A DNA stretch of 63,808 nucleotides, filler included, from Bigelowiella natans CCMP2755 (taxonomy: Eukaryota; Protista; Cercozoa), in assembly GCA_000320545.1 (NCBI GenBank). It is 5 parts of 5 records of this genome, joined end to end, with 100 filler letters (N's around TTAATTAATTAA, not from the genome) between each part and the next. Parts side by side here need not be neighbours in the genome. Positions count along the whole stretch, not along the records: positions 1 to 20,340 come from ADNK01001799.1; positions 20,441 to 51,024 come from ADNK01002464.1; 3 more parts are not named here. One strand, 5' to 3'. Below are positions 13,811 to 26,451 of this stretch, piece after piece. Each line of letters starts with the position of its first letter. The first letter of the stretch is position 1. The notes under the pieces are model-generated. The model saw only the letters and a program-made list of their open reading frames with translations. It was not told the origin of the DNA and searched no databases. The translations under genes and the position numbers were made by a program.

Positions 13811-14846
13811 CGTTCCAGAGATGACCTCCTCCTCTCATAAACATTTATATGTCAATAATTTTAATTCGCCGTCGCTCTCATTTCCTACGGATTTTGTCCA
13901 CGGGCGGGAACTTGCTCGGATCAGGCTCTCCAAACTCCTCGGGCAGCACCTGGAAGAAATGATGATAGTAATAATAATGATGATGGTGGTGATGATGATG
14001 ATAACGACGATAAATGCGTTGTTGCTGATGAAGATGATACATTGGATTGAAAAGCCACTGGGAAATAAAGAGAGAGGGGGAGATAGATTGATAGAGAGAG
14101 ATAGATAGAGAGAGAGAGAGAGAGAGACGCTCATAATAACAGATATTCTGATTTATTCTACTACATTGCCAGAGCCCGGCTTCACATGCATAATATCTGC
14201 GTTGATTTTGTTCATAATCTCCTCGTTGTCAGTGTCGCTGCTCATAATATCATCTTCTCCGTGCAGTTTTCCCTCCAGCCTGTCGTCGTTTTGGTCATAG
14301 CGGCCTCTCCATGTGTTCGATGAAGATCCGCGCTGCCTCCTCCCCCCATTGTAGTCCTCAGATTCCGACTTATCGTCGTTCGTAAACTTGCCATAGAACT
14401 TTAGAGCGCACACATACGCACGCACACATTTAGGAATTGTATAGAAATATATTATATGTTTTTCTGGAGCAGATAACAGATCTAACGGACATGCTCAGGC
14501 TTAACGTTGCTGCTGCTACTCTTATCGAAGTCTCAGTCACCTGGCGGTACGTCTCCTGGCCGAAGGTTTCATTGACGTGCCTCTCAGCGAACTGTGTTAA
14601 TGACGTAGCAGCATACCAATGGACGATGGGCAAACACAGAAGAATCAGCTCAGCGCACGGCTATGAAGATTCTCTATGTAAAGCGTTTGTTCAGTTAGCT
14701 CTCCGATACCTTTTTCAATTTTTGAAAGTCGAAGCTCGACATCTGCCCCCCTCCGCGAAGCCGACGGATCTGTAGAATGCATGTTGGATTTGGGCAAATA
14801 CTTGCTACTGTTTGTAGAGTGTCAAATAACACTGGACAACGTCAGC

Positions 14847-14921
<75 letters not shown>

Positions 14922-15203
14922 GTAAGAAAGATAGAGAGGCAAACGCAGAGAGGAAGATTCCATACATATGTGCCGCTGCCAATTAGATGTTGCAGTCGAT
15001 TCCTGGTAATATCGCTCTGATGTTAAAAACAGAATATAGCAGTAAATGCACAGCTGGCTGGAGAGGAAAAAATCTCTTTATTAATTTCAAATAAGAAGTG
15101 TGATCTACGAAAGTGCCTGTATATGAGTAGTTAGGCATCACGATCTGTCTCAGCATGATTGTGTTGCGCTATGTATCTCCCCCCTCTCCCTACTTCCAAC
15201 CCT

Positions 15204-15249
<46 letters not shown>

Positions 15250-15386
15250 TTTGTTTGTATATATTGGGATCGAAGCATGGATATTGAGGGTAGTACATTT
15301 TCTCTCGTCGTCCTGCGAATCGTCGCCATTCTCATCGCAACCATCGCCAGTACAGCCGACACACACCACCAGTACCGAAACTGCAT
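4473..15386 (-). CDS. large multi-exon protein: signal/transit-like leader, 3 Tudor-like repeats, PPR-like repeats, C-terminal ubiquitin-like domain
   Basis: Leader MQFRYWWCVSAVLAMVAMRMATIRRTTR. Tudor-like motifs GPYVGRVVRV...GLWE|VEFSTGDLA, WHGFVLGFLPP...IWRVSW...EEIDDEELL and GEVRGFIL...LYVVEWQTGPLA. PPR-like helices IYSLTMKGFFRDGKWEKAVSLL, FEACLDGCTKARQWRVALDIL and CYTPVIASAVNSK|AWQAAIELTQHMKLRG. Ubiquitin-like FFVRTLTG...ISDIKVLVYQRE...IWFKGRRLQDHRTIAHYGI. Many junctions are in phase; several (~6640-6680, ~6965-7010, ~9800, ~11450-11640, ~14400-15250) and both ends are unresolved, so this could be more than one gene. Confidence 0.55.
9622..9695. repeat. intronic (ACACAGAC)n minisatellite flanked by (CA)n and (TA)n
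   Basis: About 8 tandem copies of an 8-nt unit are directly visible. Confidence 0.9.
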
Positions 15387-15844
15387 GCTATGGATGGGTT
15401 CGGCCCCAATGTGCCAGGCCCTTTATTTTTCTGTTTAGTACCGGTCTGTGGTGGCGGCACCGCGGCTTGGTTCGCCCGCTGAGCCGTTTGGCGGGTAAGG
15501 AGCCTGTAGCGGAATGGTTGCTGCTGTGCAGGGTCTTCTGTTGGAAAAGCGATTCCTCAAAACCCATCGCCGGCAGGAAAACAGTAGATGTTTTCAGCGT
15601 ATAAAATTGACCAAAACCACCCTGCGTGCTCGGCTTGCGCCACCGTTATTGGCAGTTGGTGGCCTGAGCTACTTTAGGATAGTTTTGTACCCCGATAATA
15701 TCTGAACAGGGAAATATGTTCCTGGAGTCTGCTCAGAGAGGCGGCTGGTGAAGTTCCGAGAGCTTTGCTGTTGGCTCAGCGATCAGGCGCACATTCCTTG
15801 TCGCAGAGTGAAAAAGGCATGTATTTTCGAATCGGTACGAAGAA

Positions 15845-17394
15845 ATGGCCGCTGGCGCGTCGATGCACAGCTTCTCCTGCTCGGTGGGAAAGAGAGCCTT
15901 CCTTCTTGTCACGGTAATTCGTAATTATCAAAGTGGGGAAAAGATTTTGGTGCTGCAGCCATTAATCTGGCTATTTTGCGACGAAGGACTTCGTTCCTGC
16001 CTTTTGGTCGTATTTGCACGAATGTAGCGTAAAGGGCAGGCTTCTCTCTCGGATTGGAAAATCAATTAATTGTAGTTTTTCACACATACACTCATACGTG
16101 TATTTTTAGGCTTTGTGCGGTGCCGCGTACCTTATTCTTCTCCCAGACGCTCTTCCACCATCACCACCATCATCATCATCATCATCATTTCTGCATCAAA
16201 TAGCATTAGCACCGGCTTCTAACCTAGCCAGTTCTACTCGCATTTCAAGGCAATTCAATAGGCCTTCGAATACGATGCGACCGTCAAAGAACATCAGGGC
16301 TGGGGGACCAGCTTCTGCGACAATATCAACGTCCTCCTTCGATCTCACCCCCCCAAGCGCATGGCCCCTGCTGCAAACTCGAGCGACGTCGTCTAGCCTT
16401 CGGCCACTAAGGGGAGGCATTAGGAGCGAAGGAAATGGAAGAATTCTCGGAGGACAACGGGTACTTTACACAGCGCTATACTACGATTGAAATATGCGGT
16501 TGCAGCAAACCTCGTGTGTTCTCTTTTTTTAACCTTCATAAACCCTTATATGTACAAAACAGAGAATTTTGAATGATCGACAGAAGTTGTATGTTACAAG
16601 CAGATGTTTCATTCTAAGTGCAGCTCAGAGTCTCATTTCTGTTAATACTTGCTCTCTTGTCATTGCTGTGTTAGGGACGACACCCCTCCTCCAGACTCAC
16701 TGTTGGAAGAGCATCAGCTGGCTCAGGAGCCGAGGTAGCGGGCTGGGATGTTATAGGTACTTTCTATTTCCGCAGCGGAGCGAGTTGCTTTAGAAGAGAC
16801 GCTCATTTTTGTGCCCACGTAGCAAAGTGCATTGGTAGTGCGATGCATGCTTCGTAACCGGTGGAGAGTGGGAAGCCATTTGTCCTCTTCCTTCGATTCT
16901 TTTCTCATTGCGTCACATCGGCAGCACGCGAGGCTGGTGAGACTCCGACAGGACAGGCTTTATCACGGGAGGCAAAGGTAGTGGCATTAGTAGCAGTAGT
17001 ATTAGGAATAGTGGTTAATGAGCAACAGTACTTGCTGGTGATGACGGGCATGCTAGTGTTCGAATAATGAAGAAATAGATATCCTATTGTTCACTAGAGA
17101 GACCAATTTGATATAGGAGGTAAATGCGAGGATCATTACTACGACTGTTGTAATAATGCTATTGACCAATGCCAGTGATATGATGCCAACCATCGTTTTG
17201 TGCTTTTAAGGAGCGAGAAGCGGGCGGTGGCCGTGCTCACACGGACGCTACACTAAGACTCTTTGGTCACTCTGAGGACGATGTGAGGCTTACGCTTTAT
17301 CGGGACAAGGCTGCATGGTGCCCTTACTGTCAAAAGGTTTGTTGGATGGCTATAGTCCTGCAAACACACACACACACACACACGCATTTAGTGC

Positions 17395-17443
<49 letters not shown>

Positions 17444-19456
17444 TTAGTGATATCGATGGTAACAACAATACTGACGTAGGTTTGGATCATGCTCGAGGAG
17501 AAGAAGATTCCGTACCGCATATCACACATCAACATGCGGAGCTATGGGCACAAGCCTGATTGGTTCTTGGCGAAGGTCCCCGGAGGGCTCCTCCCAGCTA
17601 TCGAGCTTGACGGCAAGACGTACACTGAGTCACTCGAGATCATGAGGCTCATCGACCAGGAGTTCCCAGACAATAAGCCGGTGTTCTATCCTGCCGGCGA
17701 GGCAAGGCGCATTCAAGAGCTCTACCAGCTCGAGCGAAAGTAAGAAGACGGAGATGAAGAGAACCCGACGATGGGGCAGAGGCAAAAGAAGAAGAAGAAG
17801 AAGAAGAAGAAGAAGAAGAAGAAGGACAAGGAAGAGGACGAAGGGGAAGGAGAAGAAGAAGGGGAGGCAGGGGGGCGGGGGAGAGATGACGAGAACGAAA
17901 CTGCAGGGGTGGGGAAAGATGTGCTGATGGTTATGTGATGATTTCTGTTGGGGAAGATGGCGATTATGGTGTTATCATTTTTACTATCACTTGCATTAAT
18001 TTGCCTTTTCTTCCTCTTCATCTTCACTCTTTCCCTGCCGCCACAGCCTCTTCGCCGGGTGGTGTGAGTACATGTTTCGGCCAGAGTCTCAGATGTTCAA
18101 TCCGTTCGAAGGGATGGCCCTGTCGGACGCCATCAGCAGCATCACCAGGGGGGGGGAGGCGAGGAAGAAGGATAGCAGGCGCGTGCGACTTGAAGGCCTG
18201 TTCTCGCGTGTGGACTCCGAGCTTGGGAAGGCATGGGAGCAATCAGGCAAAACTTCCCCGTGGTTTTTGGGAGGTGAGGCGCCAAGCCTCATCGACCTGC
18301 AGTTCATCACCCACGTCGAGCGAATGGAGGCCTCCCTGGCTTACTGGAAAGCGATGCGAATCCGCGGCGCGGGGGGCGGCGCCCAGCCCCACTGGCCGCA
18401 CCTAGAGCGCTGGATGGAGGCCTTCGAGGCGAGGGAGGCCTACCAGGCGACCAAGAGCGACTACTACACGCATGTGATGAACATCCCCCCGCAGTACGGA
18501 TACGCATATCCAGATGTGAGCAGCAACTATGAGGAGGTGCGAGACGCCGTCTCCTTCATCGGCGGCGAGAGCTGGAACTTGCCGAGGGACGTGGAAGATG
18601 AGGCGGGTCGCGCGCGCAAGGAGCCTATCAGCCGCCGCAGGATGCAGGGCAGGTCATGGACGCTGCCGGTTCCAAACAATGACCAGAGCTGCTGGGAGCC
18701 TATCCGCCCCCCCTTTCAGCGCAGCGAAGAGGCTGCACGGCACGAGGCAGCCTTCGAGCTGGCCTCGAATTACGAGAGCATTGTCAAGTTTGCATGTCGC
18801 GGCACGGGCGACCGCGGCGAAATCAACTTCTCCGCGCCGCTAGCTGATCCTTATGCGCTCGCAAACCCTGCAGAGAAGGAAGACGTGGATTTGCTCTTAC
18901 GAATGACGGCACAAGGCCTCGTGCGAGGCCAGCTTCCGCAGTTTGAAGCAGGAGGCCTGGACGCGGAGCGAAGGGAGGAGCTGGCAAAGTGCATCAAGTA
19001 AGTCAAAAAGAGAGAGGGAGAAGATGCTTACGAATTTAGGGTGCCGTTTGAAACCGAATGGTATGCGTGTAAGCTCACTCGCGAGGCTCAACGTCACAAA
19101 TTCCGCCGCCAATCATGCTCTCTTTCCTCTGTCTAAATTTGTTTTCCTACAGCGCCTATTGTCTTTTTTTTCCGCGGTGCCATCACCTATTCGCTTTCGC
19201 CTTAGGTGTTTTTTGTTGTAGCTCCTGCTTTACGTGTATCGAACGCATTTTTCGTACCACCGCATTGATTCCCTTCTTTGGAGAAGGAGCTGGAACGGTG
19301 AATGTGAATAAGACTAACGTTCCTTATATTAGGTATGTGCGTGATCGAGTCGGAGTACCAAGGGACATGAGCTTTCCCGCCGCTCAGCATCTACGAGCTT
19401 ATCTCAATCACATTGTGGACATTCTAGTGCCTCTTGATGGCAGTAGCAGTGCGTAG
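15845..19456 (+). CDS. glutathione S-transferase, cyanobacterial/algal Cys-type (CPYC), with a bipartite plastid-targeting leader
   Basis: In-phase exons 17211-17336 ([28 protein letters not shown]), 17480-17739 ([12 protein letters not shown]...[23 protein letters not shown]), 18047-18997 ([14 protein letters not shown]...[16 protein letters not shown]) and 19333-19456 ([17 protein letters not shown]). Leader exons 15845-15913 and 16110 onward give a hydrophobic signal followed by an S/R/P-rich segment. Exons between ~16460 and 16980 are only partly resolved. Confidence 0.9.
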
Positions 19457-19759
19457 TATTCATAGTGCCTCGTTGTCTTCCTAAAATCACCATGCCTGAT
19501 GGCGGTATAGTCGTGTGTAACAAAACCGTAGCTTGATTACAAATATCGTACATTGGAACTGACTGGTTCGCGCGGCTCATGTCATACGAACATATACTCT
19601 AAATTGCAATAAGAGCTTTACTTGCATGCATGCGATAAAAGCGCCCAGCTACCACACGTTTAAGCTTGCACGGGCGATGTATAAACATATGGAAAATTGT
19701 ACATAATATTGTACATGCAACCATATGCCTACAGCGCAAGTGCTGCAATGACAAGCTTG

Positions 19760-20340
19760 ACAAGTTAAGTAATGAGCCATGCTGCGATGACAGACCTGTG
19801 GCAGTTTTGTTCGGCCATCATCCTTTCTATTTCATGCAGTTCACTCTTTTCTAAAGGTTTATCTTCCGCCAGTTTTTGATACATTCATCAAAATAATCAC
19901 TTATACTATATGTTGGTATATTTGACGCATCACCTACTTGATTAGGGTCAGCTATATGAAGCATTTCGCCATCTTTCTGTATCTTCATCTTACCGTTAAT
20001 GCTGTCTAGAAATAATATGAAGTCGCTGTCGTGGTTCCCTCATTGTAAACGAAAACGTATGCATAGTAACCCTCATAGAAATTGCTCTTGCAAGGATAAC
20101 GATATAATGGCAGTTACTGATGCAGAGTACATTTCAGCCATCATACCAGCATGATGATCGGCGAGTATGCGCCCATACCAGCTGATGCAGACCCATCATG
20201 CTGAAGATTCATTATAGCAAATGTGCATTTATTCCTATCAGCTCTAGCTCCTCGTCGTCTGAGTAGACACTGGAACTAGGAATGATTTTGAGCACCTGAT
20301 AGAAGGTTCGTAAGCATGCTCACCGATCAATTAGTAGAAT
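19760..20340 (-). CDS. possible 3' exons of a hypothetical protein truncated by the linker
   Basis: Open minus-strand segments DSINGKMKIQKDGEMLHIADPNQ (AG/GT-bounded) and YQKLAEDKPLEKSELHEIERMMAEQ. Exon joins were not resolved. Confidence 0.3.
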
Positions 20341-20440
20341 NNNNNNNNNNNNNNNNNNNNNNNNNNNNNNNNNNNNNNNNNNNNTTAATTAATTAANNNN
20401 NNNNNNNNNNNNNNNNNNNNNNNNNNNNNNNNNNNNNNNN
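20341..20440. other. artificial assembly linker/gap
   Basis: 44 N + TTAATTAATTAA (stops in all six frames) + 44 N. Confidence 0.97.
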
Positions 20441-20508
20441 AAGTCGTCTAGAAGAAGGAATTGAGCTGGTCTTCCAGCGATCGATCCGAGACGCAGGATT
20501 ATCACCAC

Positions 20509-20575
<67 letters not shown>

Positions 20576-20987
20576 ACCACCAAAATAGCAGCAGCTGGTA
20601 ATTTCGCTTGTAGATTCGTCGTCGCCTCTACCATAAATTGACTCTCAATGATACATACCTTCATATGCATAAAAACACACACACACATCACACATCACAC
20701 ATTATATACCTATAACTATCAGCATGGGCGGTTCTTTTCCATGGGGCAATCCCTCGCAGCTTCCCTTTTCCTACCCGCCTCGATTCCAAAGCGCACAGGG
20801 AGGGAGAGGAGGAGGAGGAGGAGGAGGAGGAGGAGGAGGAGGAGGGCGCCAACAACAACTGACCAACGGAGCAGGCTATAGTGTACGCTGCTTACTACTT
20901 CATAGATCTTCTCCTTTTCTGTACTAAATGAGACTAAAATAATGCCCATCTTCTCACAATAATCATAATCCCGTTTATTCCGCCCTA

Positions 20988-21036
<49 letters not shown>

Positions 21037-21402
21037 CACGCGCGAAGGGGGGGGGGAGGGAGGGAGGATGCAGTAAGAACAAAAATTGGGGGGGGGGAGT
21101 TCCTTTGACATGTTCATACGCCTCCTCTCCCATCTAGCGATGACTAAGAAAGCTGCATTGTCGTTCGTCCTCAGGTTGCTCCTCCTGGCGGGGCGTTGAT
21201 TGAAATATCTTCTCACATCTCCGCTCTCCATCCAGACAAGAATCAGGCCGCCTCCCCCCCTCCCTCGACCCCGGGCAGCGAAGGCTCGCAGCTGGCGACC
21301 AATGCGACGCTGGAGACAACAGCAAATGCCAAAGATGCAGGAAGCACCGACGACGCTTGCAAGGAGGCTCAGCGCAAAGAAAAAAAGCAGAGAAACTACC
21401 AT
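20441..21402 (-). CDS. 5' part of a hypothetical protein with a signal peptide
   Basis: MVVSLLFFFALSLLASVVGASC followed by an R-rich segment. Short open segments lie between microsatellite-bearing introns, and the gene runs into the linker. Confidence 0.3.
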
Positions 21403-21439
<37 letters not shown>

Positions 21440-21568
21440 CGGCAGGAGGAGTAGGAGCTGGAGAGGGAGGGGTGTGTTGCTGCATGCTCGGTCTTCAATG
21501 CAACTCAACGGCTGCTAGAAAGGTGTGGGTGGCGTGTGGTGCTCCTCGTTGGTTTTGCTTCTTTTGGA

Positions 21569-21601
<33 letters not shown>

Positions 21602-22722
21602 GATTTTGAAAACGCACACAACTGCGAAGGCTGTTGATACTTTTTCAGCGACACGGCCAATAAGCGCCGTGTTGTGGATCATTGCGCCAGTGTTTCCTTC
21701 TCCTCACAGCTCTGTTGCATAGCTTTCATGCCATCTTTTTGCTCAAATCCATGAAAAAAAATGTACCACCGTTCCACAGCAGCAGCACCGAGTTATTCTC
21801 TTCGCTGCAAGCTCGAACCCTCTCTATCTTTCTGTTGCAAACTACTCGAAACAATGACAACAACATAAGGGCAGGGGTTGCAGCGTGAGAGTATTCAACG
21901 GTCGATCTTTTCTCGGTCGTCGTCATTGTCCATCGTCAATCCACCCTCATTTTCTTCATCGTGTTCCGTGACCGCAGACAAATTGCAAGTGCTCGTGCAA
22001 GTGCGGTGTGCACTCGGGCGGAGGATCATCCCCGAAGAATGGCCAAGATGGATTGCCGCCTCGTCCGCGATTTCCTCGCAGCGAAACCAACGGCACGTCC
22101 AAGGCCGGGTGAATTTGCAGCAGCTCGGCCCGAGAAAAAGAAGGGCACGCGCGAAAGGCTCAACACCTCCTGTTTGCCGCCGTAGCCATTCTGCTGACTT
22201 CCTCGACTGATTGGGAGAAGCCGTCGCAATGCATGATCATGTGCACTGTTTGCAGCGCATCTCGTCGCGTAACACAGTCGTGAAGGCTTTGAATGTAGCG
22301 GAAGCTGATCGAGGTTAAACGAGCATGGATTCAATCTCGTTGACCAGCTACTTGGCATGTCCAACAAAACGTAACGCTGACTGCTGGCTTGATGCGAATC
22401 TAGGCTCGGTTAGTGCGATGGCCAGCGTGCACTGGGTTGCATGTTCACAACAATGAGCAGGAAGCAGGCCATAGCTACCACAGTGTGCTACATGTAGGCG
22501 CAAGAGCTGCTAGAAAAGCAATCGTGCTACGCATGCACAGCAAGTCTATGGAACTTGTGAACGCTGTTTTTCATGCCTCGATGAAGACGCAACAAATTCT
22601 ACAAGGCTGGCATGTGCATGCTGACACAAGCCGCGCTCAGCACATGGTCATTGCTCACGACGTACAATGACTGTTCGTTACGTTCACGTGATTGATTAGT
22701 GCCCTGACAATCGTGAGGCGCG

Positions 22723-22987
22723 CTACAAACTCGATTTGAGATTGCTGCGGCTACTATCGTTCGTCGTCACGCCCTCGCCTTTTGTCCTGGCTTTCTCCCT
22801 CCTCCTGAGCGTGGCTCTTTTTTCTTCTGACGATGAGGACAAAGGGGAGTCTCGGTACAGCTGATCTTCACTCGTGCATTGCCCTACAGCGAGCAATGCA
22901 AACATGGTCGCCATCATTGGATCTCTCTCTTTCATTTCTGATTTGAATGCAGAATACACATTCACACAAATGATCAAATGCACACAT

Positions 22988-23030
<43 letters not shown>

Positions 23031-23384
23031 TAGCAGGCATCTGCATTGCGAGTGGTTACGTTGCTAGACCAGAAATAATGGGAAGGAAAAGGTACCGTAT
23101 TTCTGGAATTCTTTCCTTTGATATTCGTTTACAAATTGTGTAGGCGCATCATCACGAGGCACAGAAGACATCGTCATCAGCACCGCTTCCTGACGATAGT
23201 TAATGATCGGCCTTTGGGATTATTATCGGTTTGATGCGTGCTTTGGGGCCAGCAAAGAGCAGTGTCAACGTCGAATAAGAACAAATTTTGGGTTTCTAAT
23301 TGATCGAGAAACGGCGTCGTGTTCTGTTTAGATTTGAATCATGCTCCTATTCCTACTAATTGCTTACTGCTTGGCCGGTCACGC

Positions 23385-23420
<36 letters not shown>

Positions 23421-23539
23421 ACATGTAGAGGGATCCATTGCAGACGTCGCATTTCGCTCCCGACAGAACGCCGCGACTGGGGACTCAGCCTCCAGTATGC
23501 ACCTGATAATAACACGTGAGCGGCGTGTGCGAGTAACTG

Positions 23540-23620
<81 letters not shown>

Positions 23621-23730
23621 GGGCACCCGTTGATAGTAGCTGTTGCTCCTTCTCCAGCTTTTGGTCGATCTCCTCGTTATATTTCGACACGTTTATCTCC
23701 TAATGATTACGCACACAAATTTATACAATT

Positions 23731-23781
<51 letters not shown>

Positions 23782-24951
23782 TATGTGTCGTGTATGTGGG
23801 CGTTGTATGGGGACATACTACCTTTATCCAGGGGTTTTGACTCTGAAATGCCAAGAAATTGTGAATCCTGTGCTTCATTCCCCTCACCCGCTGACAACAC
23901 ATGCAACAGTAATTCGATCATCATCTTTTCATTCCTCACTCCAAGCTAGTAGCTACCCAACACAACCTTAGTGGTGAAAGCGAAGAAGTCGATTAGCTTC
24001 ACATTCTCACGGTCAGGCAGGCAGCGCCCCTCGCCCAGCACCTCCTCTTCAAACTCGCGCACTGCACACTCCCGGAGGGCTGTCCACCATTCATATCAGT
24101 TATCTTCTTTGATTACGGCGGCTATCTCGCTCATTCAGTCATTAGCACTGGTCATTATTTTCTGATGTTGTTACTTTCTCCTCTGTCTTGCTTCCCTCCC
24201 GGCAGCACGAACTCTCCAGGATAATTCATTATCTTTACTTTGTCAGGAGAGCTACGAGGCCAGTTAACGACTACATTATATGTATACATATACATTTGAA
24301 TGAGGCGGTGCGACCGGTCGATTAAAATACATGTACATATATTATATTATATATATTTATATATATATATTATGTATATATGTATATACATAAGAATAAT
24401 TCAGTTAATCGGGAATCGTTTCGATATGTTCCGTTTCACCATCACCATCACTACCATCATTATCATCAACAATATTACTACAAGTAGTGTCAAGACCTGG
24501 CCGTTGTCCCATGAGCACGTCCCAAGAAGCATTTACCTGAAATATACAGGAGAGAAAGGTAGCAAATGCTGCTGCTTCACAGACGGTGCTTTAGCTGCTG
24601 TTGCTGATGCTGCAGCTTCTTGTTTTTGGTTCTAATTTAAGAATACGATGCGTAAACACAGCGGTACCTCCAACTTATTCTGTCCGTGGTCGAGGAAGAA
24701 CGCTCGCCGCAACCTGCGCGTTGTCACATCAACAATCTCCTCGTCAGATTCCTAACCCACCCCCCACCCACCTCAAACGCCTGCAAAGTATACCTTTCCG
24801 CAAGCGGAAGTTGGTCAACCTTGATCTGGATCGTTGAATTGCTCCCAGCGTTTCTGCTATCGTTCCTCCTCCGGAGGCACATCACGGTTGCAGCCATCGT
24901 GATGGTTTCGCTGCTCTTGACGACATTTGCGGCCAAAGTAGCCGCCGCCAT
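22723..24951 (-). CDS. Nudix hydrolase
   Basis: Splicing out 24080-24174 (GT-AG, 95 nt) restores a Nudix box: YPGEFVLPGGKQDRGE|TLRECAVREFEEEVLG (GX5EX7REUXEE). Flanking exons MAAATLAANVVK...VMCLRR, WDVLMGQR, HRIHNFLA...NPWIK and a final exon ending at 22723. Confidence 0.85.
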
Positions 24952-25505
24952 ATCACTAATGATGATAGTAAACCCCACAAGATTAGGATTATCCCAGAAA
25001 GGAGATGGTAGAGTGAGAGAGGGAGGGAAAGAGGGAGGGGGAGGGCATGTACGATGAGCTCGGATGTCTGCCTCTCCGGCCGAGCGGTTCGGGGAAGCGC
25101 GGCAATTACCGATGATACGAGGCGATTCGGCACCTGCGACATCACTCTGGGGCCAGAATAACAGATGGTTGACAATAAAAACGAAAATGTCACGAGAATA
25201 GACATAAAATCGTGTGTGCGACAAGAAATATTTGTTGTCGCAACAAAAAATGAGCTGTAATATAATAACGCTAGGGTAACGTGCTGCTTTCCATCATTAA
25301 TCAGACGGCCATTCAGTTGGCAACGGCCGTCGTCGCTTCCGCTTGCCGCACTTCACCTCCATCCAGGCCCGCCAGTCCTAATGCATCTGAGCTGAAAAGA
25401 TTCCGCACTCATGGTGGGCCAGCAAACGAACAAGAGAAACCGCGTTTCGCTCCTCGATTTCGAAGATATTTAGATGCATTTTTGGTCTGTTGTCAGTTAG
25501 TTGGA

Positions 25506-26393
25506 ATGGCCTCCTCGATTTCATGCTGGTGGGTATTGGCCGGGATGCTGCTACTGCAGAACAGAGCCCTTGCGGTTACGACTCCAGACTACATAAAATC
25601 AGGTTCACTAATACCTAACAGCAATGCATGCATGGCTTTGTTGCGGGAGCTAAATGAGTAAGTGTTGCTGAACACAGGGAGCAAAGCCTATACTTTAGTC
25701 GGAGGCGAGGAAGCAATAACATACAAGCAAATCAGATACGGGTGATTTTAAAGACCATGCGATAAAAACATCGTAGCACCATAGCCTCTGATGTTCGCTA
25801 TCTAATCTCATTATCAATGCAGACCGAACTGCATGCAATACGTCCTGGAGTTCAAGCTTATGCCTACAGGTTAGAAGAGTTGCTTTTCTGCAGAAACAAG
25901 TCTAGTGATATCTATGACCCGCCACCCCAATTCCAACGCTCATGTTTTTAGGAACACACTCGAGTTGGCGTGGAATAATTCACATCACAAACAACCAAAA
26001 CAGTGGTCACTACCCGCAAGTCCTGTAAGTTGCAACTACTTACTTTAGTAATTTATCACTTCTTGGAATTCTCGGAATTATCATCCATCTTTGTTATTTA
26101 CCTTGAAGTATTCTTTTTGGTATCCCTTTTTGCAATAGTATGTACCCAAACAGTCGACGATTTCGCGTTTGCCAGACAGATGCGGCAAAATCGCACCAAT
26201 GCTACACCTACCCCAGTAAGTCGTTTTTTGATCGGTTCATGGAGAACAACCTCAACACTACTTTCCTCCTCATGAATTCTGTATCTTACAAAAGGCAATC
26301 TTCCTCAAAACCAGTGGTCGAGAATCAAGATTCGGGCTGATTACAATAGGGTCACGTTTCCCTTGGAAGCTGTTCTTCCTTTTTTGGCAAGCT

Positions 26394-26451
<58 letters not shown>

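Noticed and set aside
15420-15840. GC-rich spacer as a structured ncRNA (SRP, RNase P/MRP, snRNA)
   Set aside because: No diagnostic motifs were recognised. It is more simply a promoter/5'UTR or an extra upstream exon; an Infernal/Rfam scan would settle it.
20385-20396. TTAATTAATTAA repeated four times in the window as a possible biological motif
   Set aside because: It is always centred in identical 44-N flanks, so it is an artificial six-frame stop linker. It also makes neighbourhood arguments across linkers unsafe.
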